Of a stretch of DNA of 64,000 bases, positions 31,575-50,941 are shown in pieces. Both the position numbers and the translations under genes were made by a program. The notes below the pieces were generated by a model that was given only the letters and a program-made list of their open reading frames with translations, made no database searches and was not told where the DNA came from. The stretch is taken from the NCBI GenBank assembly GCA_002269645.1, contig NIVC01003953.1, positions 1 to 64,000 of the forward strand, in the 5' to 3' direction. Position 1 is the stretch's first letter. Every line of letters starts with the position of its first letter. This DNA is from Macrostomum lignano (lineage: Eukaryota).

Positions 31575-32060
31575 TGTCAGGGCACCCCTATGCTCCCATC
31601 CCTAGCACCTCTAGATCCCCATCCCTAGCACCCCTATGCTCCCATCCCTAGCACCTCTAGATCCCCATCCCTAGCACCCCTAGCTCCCATCCCTAGCACC
31701 TCTAGATCCCCATCCCTAGCACCCCTGGCTCCCATCCCTAGCACCTCTAGATCCCCATCCCTAGCCCCCTAGATACCCATCCCTGGCACCCCTAGATCCC
31801 AATCCCTAGCACCCCTAGATACCCATTCCTAGCACCCCTAGATCCCCATCCCTAGCACCTCTAGATCCCCATTCCTAAGATCTCTAGATCCCCATTCCTA
31901 AGATCTCTAGATCCCCATTCCTATGATCTCTAGTTCCCATTCCTAAGATCTCTAGTTCCCATTTCTAAGATCTTTAGATCCGGCCATTCCTAACACCTAT
32001 AGATCCCATTCCTAGGACACCTAGATCCCATCATCCCTAGCACCCTGAAATTCCCCATTC
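31575..32060. repeat. ~23-bp minisatellite CCCCATCCCTAGCACCTCTAGAT just 3' of lectin stop
   Basis: About 20 copies, drifting in sequence along the array. Confidence 0.9.
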
Positions 32061-32769
32061 GTAGTCCTATTACTTTCTATAAAAAAATTTATTTAAGTTA
32101 CGAGTTCTCGTATTTACTATTTACATTGACTGAAGCTGTGATTATAAACTATATTTTGAAGCCAAAGGCCTGATCACTCTACTGGAATTCTAATGAGTAG
32201 CATTAACTGCGTGGCAATGTCAAAATATAATAAGATTTACAAAAAAAATTTTCCCTGCGAAAAACCACAAAGTCAACCGCAGCTACTTGGTTTTTTCTTC
32301 CTTTGTCTCAGAATTTGCAAGGCGGCTCATAATATATTATCATTTTCCTGTCAGAGTAGGGGCAGATAAAAACAGAGGCGAACTTTCACTGCAGAGAGCT
32401 TTTATGTTTCACATTTGATTTCGGAGGTCCCGCCTCCTGGGCTTGGAAACACAATGAAGGCTGCTTGTGACTAAGAATGGCGGCCTGATGGAGAGACAAA
32501 AGTACAAAACAGATAAAAATATCCAAATTACAATGCATGTGTAGAAGGGCACGAGTGATGGCATAGGGATGTGTAATCATATTTATATAGTGCATTTAAT
32601 CACTAATACAGTGTCTTTTCTAAAACATCCAGTAATTAAAGAATTTATTAGTCTTATTAAGGAACTAATGAGTAATGGTTTTATAACTCAGATACTCGTA
32701 GATCACATAGAAAGCGGGTGTACTTGTAATTATTTGATTAGATATGCTTTGTCTTTGGATTAAGTCTCG

Positions 32770-33110
32770 AGTTACTCAAATCTCACTCTTATCTACTCAA
32801 ATCCAGCTCTTATTTACTCAAATCCCACTCTTATCTCCTCAAATCCCATTCTTATCTACTCAAATCCAATTCTTATCTACTCAAATCCCATTCTTATCTA
32901 CTCAAATCCCATTCTTATCTACTCAAATCCCATTCTTATCTACTCAAATCCCATTCTTATCTACTCAAATCCCATTCTTATCTACTCAAATCCCATTCCT
33001 ATCTACTCAAATCCCAATTCTTATCTAGTTAAATCCTAATCTTATCCACTCAAGTATCGATCTTATCTACTCAAATACCGATTTTATCTACTCAGATATC
33101 GATCTTACTA
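32770..33110. repeat. 21-bp minisatellite TCTTATCTACTCAAATCCCAT in rhomboid 3' region
   Basis: About 15 copies. Confidence 0.9.
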
Positions 33111-33154
33111 GCTATATACTCGTCAACTCGGCTCTGAGTTCGCTGACTCAGGCC

Positions 33155-35178
33155 TCACACATTACAGGGTATGTCAGTCGGGTAGCCCATGTAGAAGATG
33201 TTCCACAGCACGGCAAAGATCATGTAGACAACCAGCAGGCCGATGGCCACCCAGAACAGCACCATCTCCCATGGCTTCTTGTCCAGGTTGCGTAGGCAGG
33301 GGATGCCAACCAGGATGCCGCACAGCAGGCCGGCCGCGTGGGCGGTGAGGGACACCGAGTTCTCCAGGCTGGCCAGCGTGTACCGTCTGGATGGGAGTCA
33401 TAGGTATACTCATACCCTTCGGTCATATCATGCAGTCATGAGGGTCATAGATTTTCAGTCTGCTATCAGTCATACAGGTCATAGATTCTCAATCTACAAT
33501 CAGTCATACAGGTCAAAGATTCTCAGTCTACAATCAGTCATACAGGTCATAGATTCTCAGTCTACAATCAGTCATGCAGGTCATAGGTTCTCAGTCTACA
33601 ATCAGTCATACAGGTCATAGATTCTCAGTCTACAATCAGTCATACATGTCATAGATCTCAGTCTACAATCAGTCATACAGGTCATAGATTCTCAATCTAC
33701 AATCAGTCATACAGGTCAAAGATTCTCAGTCTACAATCAGTCATACAGGTCATAGATCTCAGTCTACAATCAGTCATACAGGTCATAGATTCTCAATCTA
33801 CAATCAGTCATACAGGTCATAGATTCTCAATCTACAATCAGTCATACAGGTCATAGATTCTCAGTCTACAATCAGTCATACAGGTCATAGATTCTCAGTC
33901 TACAATCAGTCATACAGGTCATACAAGCTCAGTAATGCCCCGCAGCTGACCTGTACAGCGCGACTCCAAAGTCCAGAGCAACAAGCAGCGTGAGCAGCAG
34001 CAGGCGGAACAGCCCGCTAGAGAAGATCTTCAGTGGATTCTTGCGCCAGCTCTGCCAGCCCTCCTGCAGCTCCTCCCAGTTCATGATGACCAGGCCGTAG
34101 TGGGCTCCGATCAGCGCGTAGACACCACCGGAGGCGCCCAGCAGGGTGACGGCAGGTTCGGCCACAGACGAAAGCAGAGAGCCGGCCAGGACGCCCGCCA
34201 AGAAGATGGGCGCCACCCGCCAGGCCTTGTGAACCAGCTCGAGTGGAATGCCGAGCAGCAGGGTCAGCGCCGAGTTGAACACGATGTGGTGCCAGCCAAC
34301 GTGCAGCAGCATGTAGGTGAGGAATCGCCACACCTGGAAGATCCCGGAGTTTTCATGCTTCTACAGACTACTTACAGTAGAGAGTATAAAATATCACCTG
34401 TCCGCTCAGGATCTAGGATCTTGATCTTAAACTTCCGGTTTATGAAGCAACACCCTGTCCTATTTTTTTCGGACACTCTCGGACGTAAAAAAATCGGACA
34501 AACCTCCTGCCGCCTGGCCGGACAGAAGCACAGCGGGCTGTAGTAGGGCACCCCGCCAGTCCAGGTGACGCGGTTCCACTCGGGCCCGCGGTTCAGCTCG
34601 GCCAGGTACACCAGGAAAGTCACCCATATGCCAACCAGGACGAGAGGCACAAAGACTGGCGGCGGCCGGCAGTCGTAGAACTCCAGGTAGGCCTCGCCCG
34701 GCACCGGCTCCCCGGCCGCCTGGTTGTCCTCGCGCACCTGGCGCTCTTTGCGCGCCGCTGCCGGCGCTGCGCGGCGAACCAGACCGTTGAGAAAGCGCCG
34801 ACCCTGAGACACCTCGCGCCGCTGCCGGTAAGTCATGAAGCTGAAGAACTCCGACCAGGAGACCCGGCCGTCCTTGTTGGCGTCGATCCTCGACATCAGG
34901 TCGGCCAGCTTCCGGTTGCGCAGCAGGTCCTGCCGGGCGAACAGCTCCAAGAAAGTCCGGTTGGGCATCCCGCCTGCGGCAGAGTAGGGCGCGAACACCG
35001 CCTGGTAGGTGGCCGTCAGCCAGGCCCTGTACTCGTCCTCGTTGGCCAGAGTTGTCGGGGGAGGCTGCGCCTGCGGCGTCTGGTGCAGCCGGCTCGGGTG
35101 CCGCTCCGCGCCCGACGACGGTTCGGCGAAGTAGCCGGCGTTGACGTAAGCAGCTTGCCTGGGGCCGGAGCTGTGCAT
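33155..35178 (-). CDS. Rhomboid intramembrane serine protease with N-terminal EF-hand (RHBDL1/3, rho-4 type); exons 35178-34504, 34333-33951, 33386-33155
   Basis: EF-hand DANKDGRVSWSEF, E|VWRF motif, HIVFN, catalytic GASGG and AHAAG; splice phases 0 and 2 are consistent. Confidence 0.95.
33430..33922. repeat. Intronic minisatellite, 34-bp unit CAGTCATACAGGTCATAGATTCTCAGTCTACAAT
   Basis: About 14 copies filling rhomboid intron 2. Confidence 0.95.
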
Positions 35179-36047
35179 GGCTGTCGGGTCCGCAGATCCG
35201 GGCTGAGGTGAAGAGGCCGCTCCCTGGTTCTATAGGAGCGGCTCTGGCTGGGAACAGGGAGAGGGGGGTGGGCAGGGCGCCCAAACTGCACAGATTGGTT
35301 TTCGCCCGGGGGTGACCCGGTGCAGTTTCTGTCCCTGCTCCCCTCCTGGACTTCCCCTTCCCCTCCAATTCTCAGTTCTCGGCTGCGACCTCCCCCCTCC
35401 TCAGTTTGTGTCTCCTCTTTTTATTTTTCTGTTCACCTTGCGTGACTCAGTAATAAGTAGAAGGCGCGGTGGCGCTAGGGCTGGGGCAGGCGCGCCAGAC
35501 TTGAAGACAGTGAATGAGCTGCATTAAGGCTGCAGGCTTGTGGAAGTGTCGGCATCAGCTAAGTGTACACCTCGGCTCATTCAGACCCCCCACAGTACAG
35601 CCATTTACCACAGTACACTTGGTCGCAATGCCTCTGCAGTACGGTAGCTGGGGAGGAGAGACGGGCGAGAAGGGATTTGATTTTGCTCAGGGACTTCATT
35701 CCGCTTCCACTCTGAGCCAGTGGCTTTTGTTTATTTGAGCTCAAACACAGTAAAAATGAATTCCGTACAGGTATCTTGTGTCTCGGTTGCCGTCGTCCGA
35801 CGCAACTATTGAAATGCTTGCAATTATAAACGCGAATTGTGGTCGCTAGGAGTTTGATGTGCAGTCAATTATTCAGATAATTAAGGATTAAATATGCATA
35901 AATTTCTCTCTCAGCCTCGCTACTTTTAGTAGGGACCAGAGTAAATTATATTTCAATAGAATGGAATTTTTACAAGACACTCGAAATTCGAAGCAAAAGT
36001 GTGCAAGAATGAAATACTTTGCGTGGCATATTCAGAAACTTTGGCTT

Positions 36048-40856
<4,809 letters not shown>

Positions 40857-40945
40857 TCCTTGTGCTCTTTTACCTTGGGGTTGCGATAGGGGCCTCGCGG
40901 CCTATTCGCGGCGCCTGCGCCCCCCGTCAGTAGTAAGTAGTAAGT

Positions 40946-41225
40946 ATTCTCATTGGATTCCCCATAGCTTCTCGTTGGATTCACCATAGATTCTCATTGG
41001 ATTCTCCATAGATTCTCACTGGATTCCCCATAGATTCTCATTGGATTCCCCATAGCTTCTCGTTGGATTCCCCATAGCTTCTCGTTGGATTCCCCATAGA
41101 TTCTCACTGGATTCCCCATAGATTCTCATTGGATTCCCCATAGCTTCTCGTTGGATTCCCCATAGATTCTCATTGGATTTCCCATAGCTTCTCGTTGGAT
41201 TCCCCATAGATTCCCACTGAACTCT
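40946..41225. repeat. Right half of the GGATTCCCCATAG minisatellite (22-bp units, CTTCTCGTT variant)
   Basis: About 12 units. Confidence 0.95.
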
Positions 41226-41344
41226 CCATGTGATTTCGATTGAAAAATATTTAGTGTACAGATTCTTAGTGGGATATTCAGTAGAGTCTTAGTTGGGGAA
41301 TTCCCTCATCGCATGCCAGGAAGTTGCCATGGCTCCTAAGCCGA

Positions 41345-42933
41345 TCACAGAGAGGCAGATATGAGCAGCGTTGACACAAACAGCACCAGGGCGCCCACGG
41401 ACAGCATCAGCCAGAACCAGGTCCGGTCGCTCTCGCGCTTCGCGTCTCGGGTCACTTCTGGCTGCAAGAGAAGGGTTCAGGTTGCTGTCACAATGAGACT
41501 GTGCGCATTCACAACCACCCATCTTCACTCACAATCACCCATCTTCACTCACAATCACCCATCTTCACTCACAATCATTCAGCCTCACTCACAATCACCC
41601 AGCTGCACTCACAATCACCCAGCCTCACTCACAATCACCCATCTTCACTCACAATCACCCAGCCTCATTCACAATCACCCAGCCTCACTCACAATCACCC
41701 ATCTTCACTCACAATCACCCAGCCTCATTCACAATCACCCAGCCTCACTCACAATCACCCATCTTCACTCACAATCACCCAGCCTCACTCACAATCACCC
41801 AGCCTCACTCACAATCACCCAGCCTCACTCACAATCACCCAGCCTCGCTCACAATCACCCTGCGGCACTCAAAATCACCCAGCCTCATTCACAATCACCC
41901 AGTCTTACTCACAATCACACAGCCTCATTCACAATCACCCAGCCTCACTCACAATCACCAAGCCTCACTCACAATCACCCAGCCTTACTCACAATCACCC
42001 AGCCTTACTCACAATCACCCAGACTCACTCACAATCACCCTGCGGCACTCAAAATCACCCAGCCTCATTTACAATCACCCAGCCTTACTCACAATCACCC
42101 AGCCTCACTCACAATCACCCAGCCTTACTCACAATCACCCAGGCTCACTCAAAATCACCCATCTTCACTCACAATCACCCAGCCTCATTCACAATCACCC
42201 AGCCTCACTCACAATCACCCAGCCTCACTCACAATCACCCAGCCTCACTCACAATCATCCAGCCTTACTCACAATCACCCAGCCTCACTCACAATCACCC
42301 AGCCTCACTCACAATCACCCAGCCTTACTCACAATCACCCATCTTCACTCACAATCACTCAGCCTCACTCACAATAACCCAGCCGCCCTGCTTTCTCAGC
42401 CAGTCCGTCAGCCGGGCAGCCACAAAGGCGCCAAAGCAGTCGACGATCCGGCTGACGAACTCCTGGCGGCCCTGCTGGACGCAGTCAACAGCGAAGGCGC
42501 CGGCCATGGCGAACAGCGCAACAATTTTGCCCCAGTGGACGCCGCCGCTGCACAGCTGCTCGGCGAACATGGCGAAGGTGCGCCGGACAACATCCTCGGA
42601 GTGCATGGTGATGTTGAGCTGCTTGTGCACGTTTTTGTACAGGTCGGGGTACATCGCTTCCAGCTGCTCGCCAACCAGCCGCAGCTCCTGGCTAGCCGGG
42701 CCGCCGTCCGTGACAGCGGCGGCTGACAGAAGCGAGTCTGCCAGCTTCTGGGTGAGCAGGCCGCTGCGCTGCAGCCGGTGGCTGATGTACGCCCGGCATA
42801 GGCGGCGGCCCTCTTCGGCCAGCTCCTCCTGGCTGGGGCCGTCCTCCGCGTCTCCGGCGTGGGTCGCTGCGCCGTCTGCGGCACCGCCCGAGCTGCCTGG
42901 GAAGTGGCGACCCAGCGCGGAGCGGCGAAGCAT
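41345..42933 (-). CDS. BOK: Bcl-2 family BOK-like protein; exons 42933-42379 and 41461-41345
   Basis: MLRRS start, BH4 ([18 protein letters not shown]), BH3 (LRLVGEQLE), BH1 (HWGKIVALF), BH2 (WLRKQGGW), and a phase-0 last exon encoding a TM anchor ([25 protein letters not shown]). Confidence 0.93.
41505..42384. repeat. 20-bp minisatellite ACAATCACCCAGCCTCACTC filling the BOK intron
   Basis: About 44 copies; periodicity extends 6 nt into the exon. Confidence 0.95.
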
Positions 42934-43553
<620 letters not shown>

Positions 43554-43997
43554 ACCTAATCCAAAGTCCTCGCTCGTCCTCGCAAAACTGACCAGCAGAT
43601 TAAAAAAATTTCTTTTCTTCAAGTACTCTAAATTGCTATTCAAGGCCTTCTACAGGGGGGGGGCGGCATGAAGCCGCCGTCCCGGTGAGGGCTGAGCCGG
43701 GGTGATGAAGGCAGAGCGCACTTAGTGGCCAGCTGATTGGCTGAGCAGCCCGCCCCCCAGATTTCTCCGTCTTCGTTGAATCTCCGACTCCGAGTGCCAG
43801 TCAGTTTTACCGTACTCTCAGTGTACCCACAATCTGAGCTCAAAACACAATGACTGCCTGTCCGACTCAACGCCTTTCCGTCCTTTTCCAGCTATAGACT
43901 GAATTCTGTCTGTGGCCTTTCTGCTCTCATTTTCATTGAGCAATTTCACTGCCCTCTTATGCAGTCTGCGGAGAAGACCTGAGTGAGTGCTCGAATA

Positions 43998-44955
<958 letters not shown>

Positions 44956-45461
44956 AACTCACCATCAACATTCAGAATGACGCCAACTATAGGGTCCAAT
45001 CAAGAGAACTTGATTTCAATTCGTTGCTATGGAGACGATTTTTTGTGGGAACTGGCGATCGGTTTCGGAGTCCCAAGCCGAGCTTAGGCGGCTATTTATG
45101 CGGAATATTTATGGCACACATGCGCTCCAGTCAACTGGATACACAAAAGTCAAAAGAGATCTCATAAACCAACTGCTGGCCTGCGTTGGCGCGCATGGCT
45201 CGCGCGTGTCTCACAGCGCTGCAGGAGACAGGGAGGGGCGAGGGCCGGTCAGGGCGATAAGATAGGCGGTGAGCCGGTTGCGACAAGGGCGTGGGCATGA
45301 AGCCAAGGGATCTGTCAGTTGCGTGAGCCACAGCCGAGCGTGAGAGCAGATAGAGAAGACCGGAGGGAAGACCCTTGCCGGGGGGCCTAGCGCACTGAAC
45401 TAAAGGGATAAAATGGTAGAAGAAGAAGAACAGCCAGAAGAGGATGAAAAGGAAGGCTTAG

Positions 45462-45983
<522 letters not shown>

Positions 45984-46333
45984 CTTGCGTTCTTAGTAAC
46001 TAGCTTTTCCTAGAATTATGGAAATAGCGACGCCATCTCTGGGGCTAATGAAGTGCGAATGTTTGGGAAAGAAGACGGCAGACATTTCACCCACGGTAAG
46101 GGACAGAAGCAGCCAGCCGGTAATGTACATCCCTGGGTGCCTGTGGAAGTACGTCGGCCACAGTGCGAAGCTGCTGCTTGACTTTCAGCAAAAAATGAAG
46201 CCCGGGCAACAGCGGACCAAATTACAAACACGAAACCGTCCCGCTCTCCCCGCCTCCTCTTCCCAAACTGCGCACTTCATCCCCAACCCGCTCCAATTTC
46301 CCCCTCTCTCCCTCCCCTTTCAACGGTCAATAA

Positions 46334-47778
46334 ATGCTGCAATTGTCCGCCGGCTCGTTGGTCCGCAGCACAGCCGCCATGACAGCCGCCAGCAGCTCCG
46401 GAGCCACCGTCTCTCTGGCCGTGAAACACCTGGCCAGTCTGCGCGGTCTGACGGTCCTGCTGTTGCTGTACACCTGCCTGGGAGCTGGCATTATGATGCA
46501 GCTGGAGAACAGTCAGCTTCCGCATAAACGGCGCGGACTACAGGTCGAAGACGTGGACAGGAACTTACTGTACAAGCTGTACGAGATCCGCACCAGCAAG
46601 CTGGTGTCCAGGGAGGACTTCGTTGCCGCATCAAAGAAGCAGATCGCCAAGTGGCAGGAGATTCGGTCGGCGCTGGAGTGGAGCTTCAACAGCGCTTTTC
46701 TGTACTGCTTCACTCTGTACACCACTATTGGTGAGAATCTGGGAAACTTGACATCCTTGATGCGGATCTGGGAAACTTGACATCCTTGATGAGGATCTGG
46801 GAAACTTGACATCCTTGATGAGGATCTGGGAAACTTGACATCCTTGATGAGGAACTGGGAAACTTGACATCCTTGATGAGGATCTGGGAAACTTGACATC
46901 CTTGATGAGGATCTGGGAAACTTGACATCCTTGATGAGGATCTGGGAAACTTGGCATCCTTGATGAGGATCTGGGAAAATTGACATCCTTGATGAGGATC
47001 TGGGAAACTTGGCATCCTTGATGAGGATCTGGGAAAATTGACATCCTTGATGAGGATCTGGGAAACTTGACATCCTTGATGAGGATCTGGGAAACTTGAC
47101 ATCCTTGATGAGGATCTGGGAAACTTGGCATCCTTGATGAGGATCTGGGAAAACTGACATCCTTGATGAGGATCTGGGAAACTTGACATCCTTGATGAGG
47201 AACTGAGAGATTTTTGGCCAGATCGATAAGTGAGGATCTGGGGAAAGAACCAGGCTCATCGCCCCGAACCCCATGTACCCGCAGGCTACGGCCACGCGCA
47301 CCCAGTCAGCGCCGCGGGCAAGCTGTTCAGCCTGCTGTACTCCGTGCTGGGCATCCCGCTGTTCCTGGTGTTCGCCGGCCGGCTCAGCGCCCGCCTGCAG
47401 CGCTGGCTGAGCTCCAAGCTGCCCTCGGCTCTGCTGGCCGGCAAGAGGACCAGCGAGGGTGGCGGCGACTCGCTGCCGTTGTGGACCTCAGCGGTCCTGC
47501 TGACGGCGCACAGCCTGGCTGGCGGGCTGCTGTACGCCGCCACGGAAGACTGGCCGGTGGGTGACGGCGCCTACTTCTCGCTGGTGTCGGTCAGCAGCGT
47601 CGGACTCGGCGACCTGACGCCGGGGCTGGACAGCCGGGCGAAGCTGGGCGCCTGCCTGCTGCACCTCACGCTGGGCATCGGGCTGTGCGGCCTGCTGATG
47701 GACAGGCTGAACTCCTGGCTGGACTCGGCGCTGCAGGAGGCGGCTGCGACGGAAGACCATAAAGGCAAAGCCGAGTAG
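46334..47778 (+). CDS. Two-pore-domain potassium channel (K2P/KCNK/TWK); exons ~46334-46730 and 47285-47778
   Basis: M1 (LLLLYTCLGAGIMMQLE), cap, P1 WSFNSAFLYCFTLYTTIG|YG, M2 GKLFSLLYSVLGIPLF, M3, P2 YFSLVSVSSVGLGDL, M4. Start codon uncertain. Confidence 0.9.
46728..47205. repeat. 29-bp minisatellite GATGAGGATCTGGGAAACTTGACATCCTT starting at the K2P splice donor
   Basis: About 16 copies. Confidence 0.95.
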
Positions 47779-49804
47779 CCGTGCAGCCACAGTGCGGCGT
47801 GACTTGGGTTGACTCCGCAACTGGGGGCTGGTGGGATTCGAGATAAGCATGATGGCGCCTCCCGATATGAAAATCAATTAAAGGACATCGGTGCAGGGTC
47901 CAATTGCGTTGTTTTAGTAGAGAGTCAGGAAGTCCAGGTGGAGTGTACGGTTTGGGGTCATGAAGGTCAATTAGGGAGTCTGGAAGGTCAGTTTTGGGTC
48001 AGGAAAGTAAGTTATGCTGTCAGATGTCAGTTAGGGAGTCGAGAATATTTATGGTTAGGGTGTCAGATGTCAGTTAAGGTGTCAGGAAGGTCAGTTAGGG
48101 TGTAAGGATCCATTTTTGGTGTCAGGAAGGCAGGGAGTTGAAATCAGGTGTCAGTGACGGAATGTGCGCGCGACTGTAGGAAGCCCTGTACAATTGCTCT
48201 TTTGTAGCAATCAGCATAGTTTTCACTGAGTCATACTACATGTAGTTCTGTTATAACATCGCTCTAAATTGCATGTGTTGATATATATTTATATTACTAC
48301 TAATCCTCATTTGATTTATTCTTAAGCCCTACTCATTAATAATTAGCATAACTCATTGACTGTATTGACGCTGACAGTAGTAATATGCGTAAATTTTGCA
48401 ATAATACTATTTTTACGATTGAATAAACGATTGAACCCCGCTTCATGTTAATATCACATACCAAAGTATGAATTATTCAATGCTGCAGATGCATACGACT
48501 AATATAAAAATAATAATAATAATAATAATAATAATATGATGGGTTTCGGCCATTTCGGCATTTGAAAGCCTCCGGGCCTCAGGTCTCAGAAATGAATCAA
48601 TTAGAGTTCTGGCCCCTCACTCCTGTCAGATGGTCAGCCCAAGGTAGCTTGATCTGTGGCGAGCAGTCTAGGTCCTATAGCTAAGAGAGGGACAGCGAGA
48701 GACAATTGCAGGGAGAATTTTGAAGGTAGAGATTAGCTAATCCGCAGATTAACTAACCCGCTGCCACCAGCCCGTGCGCTCTGGCTTACCAAACCGGAAC
48801 TTCGAAATCGGGCTTCCGACTAGAAGGGGCTTTGCACTTACCTGCCATCTAGTGTCTTTTAGCTGTCAATCTCGAAGTCATAGCCGATGATAAGGGACAC
48901 TGCTGGGACTCGATCGCATTGGCCATGCAGGGACAGAGGGGACTTGTGCAGGGGATTCTTGCGGTGGCGATCCTATGGGGTAGCTACATGTACTATTACA
49001 TTGCTAAATGCGAGGGATTGTACTTTTGGCCTTCAACGTGCTAGCCAGCCTCTCATAGCGCTGATGATAGGCTAACTCGAACTTTAGAGATCGCATGATT
49101 CATCACCCGAGCCGCTTGGCTAACCTAGAGTGCACAGAGTACATCTCTGGCGCCGATTCTGCACTTCTGGCAGTTTTGCTCACTGATTTGATAGAATGGG
49201 TCGACTGAGAACTGCCTTGCCATTGGTCCACTGTGACCGGCGCCTACTAGCTCAGCTCCTCATATGAGCCATCGGCAAACAAAGAAATAAAACCGATAAA
49301 AATAACTTCCAGATTTAACCTTCTCACTGAATCACTTCACACTTTAGATTGAATCGGAGTGATTTGACTACTAACAGTATTATTGAACGATTTCTGAGTC
49401 AATAACAGTGGACAAAATGAGCAAAAGTATGCGCCTAATCCAGCTACTGAAACAGGGGACAGATAAGGAATCACCCTATCAAGCAACTCTAGGCAGCCTC
49501 TCACCCATCCAATCAGAAACTCAACAGCCGGAGACCAGGTAATCCACAGTGACCGAATCGGCTTAGTGCTTCGCAGCTGTAGGCCCGGGATGATGTCGTC
49601 ACAGTTTTTGCAAATAACTAGTAGGTGATGATCTTAGCCTCGATGATTGATGCAGTCGACCGGGGGAGACGTCCTTGATGATGAGGGGGATATCGCAATC
49701 CGGGGATCAAGAGACGGCGAAACCCCAAACCCGAGTGGGCCAAAAACAACGGTTTAAATAGCCACCAACTGGACCGAAAATTGTTAAAATGGAACACTTC
49801 AACG

Positions 49805-49920
49805 CTGATTGGCTGAGCCGATTTGTTATAACTGACGTCAAATTTTCTGATTGGCTGAGCTTGTTGCCACCTAAACTCACGTGACCAAAAGATCCTATCA
49901 GTTCCCTCGGGGCCATAAAA
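49805..49920. promoter_or_regulatory. Promoter-like motif cluster (2x CCAAT, CRE, E-box, TATA-like)
   Basis: CTGATTGGCTGAGC at 49805 and 49847, TGACGTCA at 49833-49840, TCACGTGA at 49877-49884, CATAAAA at ~49914. Confidence 0.45.
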
Positions 49921-50524
49921 ATACGCCAGATTTTAGCATAAATCACTCAAAATCGCTACATTATGATTTATGGCTTTTCGCGTAGGAATTACAAAAATTA
50001 ATAAAAAATATGCACTGGAAAGGTCTCATTAAGTAGAAAGTGAAGATGGTGAAGAGAAATCGATAATGGCTAATCTTAAAGTGCTTTTAGGGGTAAAACG
50101 CGTAGCTGTCAAAGCTGCCAAAGGTCTGAGTGAACAAGAATAGGCCTTGACCTCATAAATCTGATGGCCTGTCAAAAATGATGAGAAAAAAGCCAACCGC
50201 CAGCATCCTCAGACCATCTGGCGCCAGCTTCAACACTGAGTGAGGCGCTGAGGCGCAGGTGGCTGTCAGACACGCCTAGGAGCTATGATTTATGACCCCA
50301 AAAGTAGCAAAAACCGCGCCTATGCTATAATGACTACAAGTATGGCAAAATCATATAGCTACACAAATCCTACTAGTATGAGTTCTAGGAAAATTGCAGA
50401 AAAGAAAGAAAAATGCCCATAGCCTGCTGTCAGTAGGCTAACAAGTTTGGAACCCATGTTTGGAAAAATTTGGAAGAGATTTGGAAAAAAAGTGCGTCCT
50501 CATCAAATAATTGATTACACCTGC

Positions 50525-50795
50525 CCTAATGACCAGATGTGCAACCGACAGCTCAGCCGCAGCTATTGCGCGGCGCATCTGAAGGCTGCGTACGGCTGTT
50601 CAGTCCAAGGACTGAGGGGTCGCCACACACAATCTCAATTACCCCAGCTAATGCTGGCACCCATTTTACAGCTGGGTGAACTGAGGCAATGTAGAGTTAA
50701 GTGTCTTGCTTAAGGACAAATTGTTCCGAGTGGGTCGGAGAATCGAACCACCGACCTTTCAGTTGTGAGTCCGACGCTCTGACCACTAGGCTTAG
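50525..50795 (-). mobile_element. tRNA-derived CORE-type SINE
   Basis: Minus: AGCCTAGTGG (A box), GGTTCGATTC (B box), then GTCCTTAAGCAAGACACTTAAC...GCCTCAGTTCACCCAGCTGTAAAATGGG, which aligns by eye to the MIR/CORE domain. Confidence 0.7.
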
Positions 50796-50941
50796 TACTG
50801 AAGAAGACTAAGATTAAAAAGCAACTATAATGCGCATTGTTTCTACTATAAGTAAGACAAATGCATTGGAGCAATTTTATAAACTCGTATATTTGGCAAA
50901 ATAGAAATTGATCTATGAAGCATGACTGCCAACACCTCAGC

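Noticed and set aside
46735-47205. Tandem hammerhead-like motif TTGATGAG...GAAAC in the 29-bp repeat
   Set aside because: C3 is replaced, there is no G10.1-C11.1 pair and no helix III or cleavage triplet geometry.
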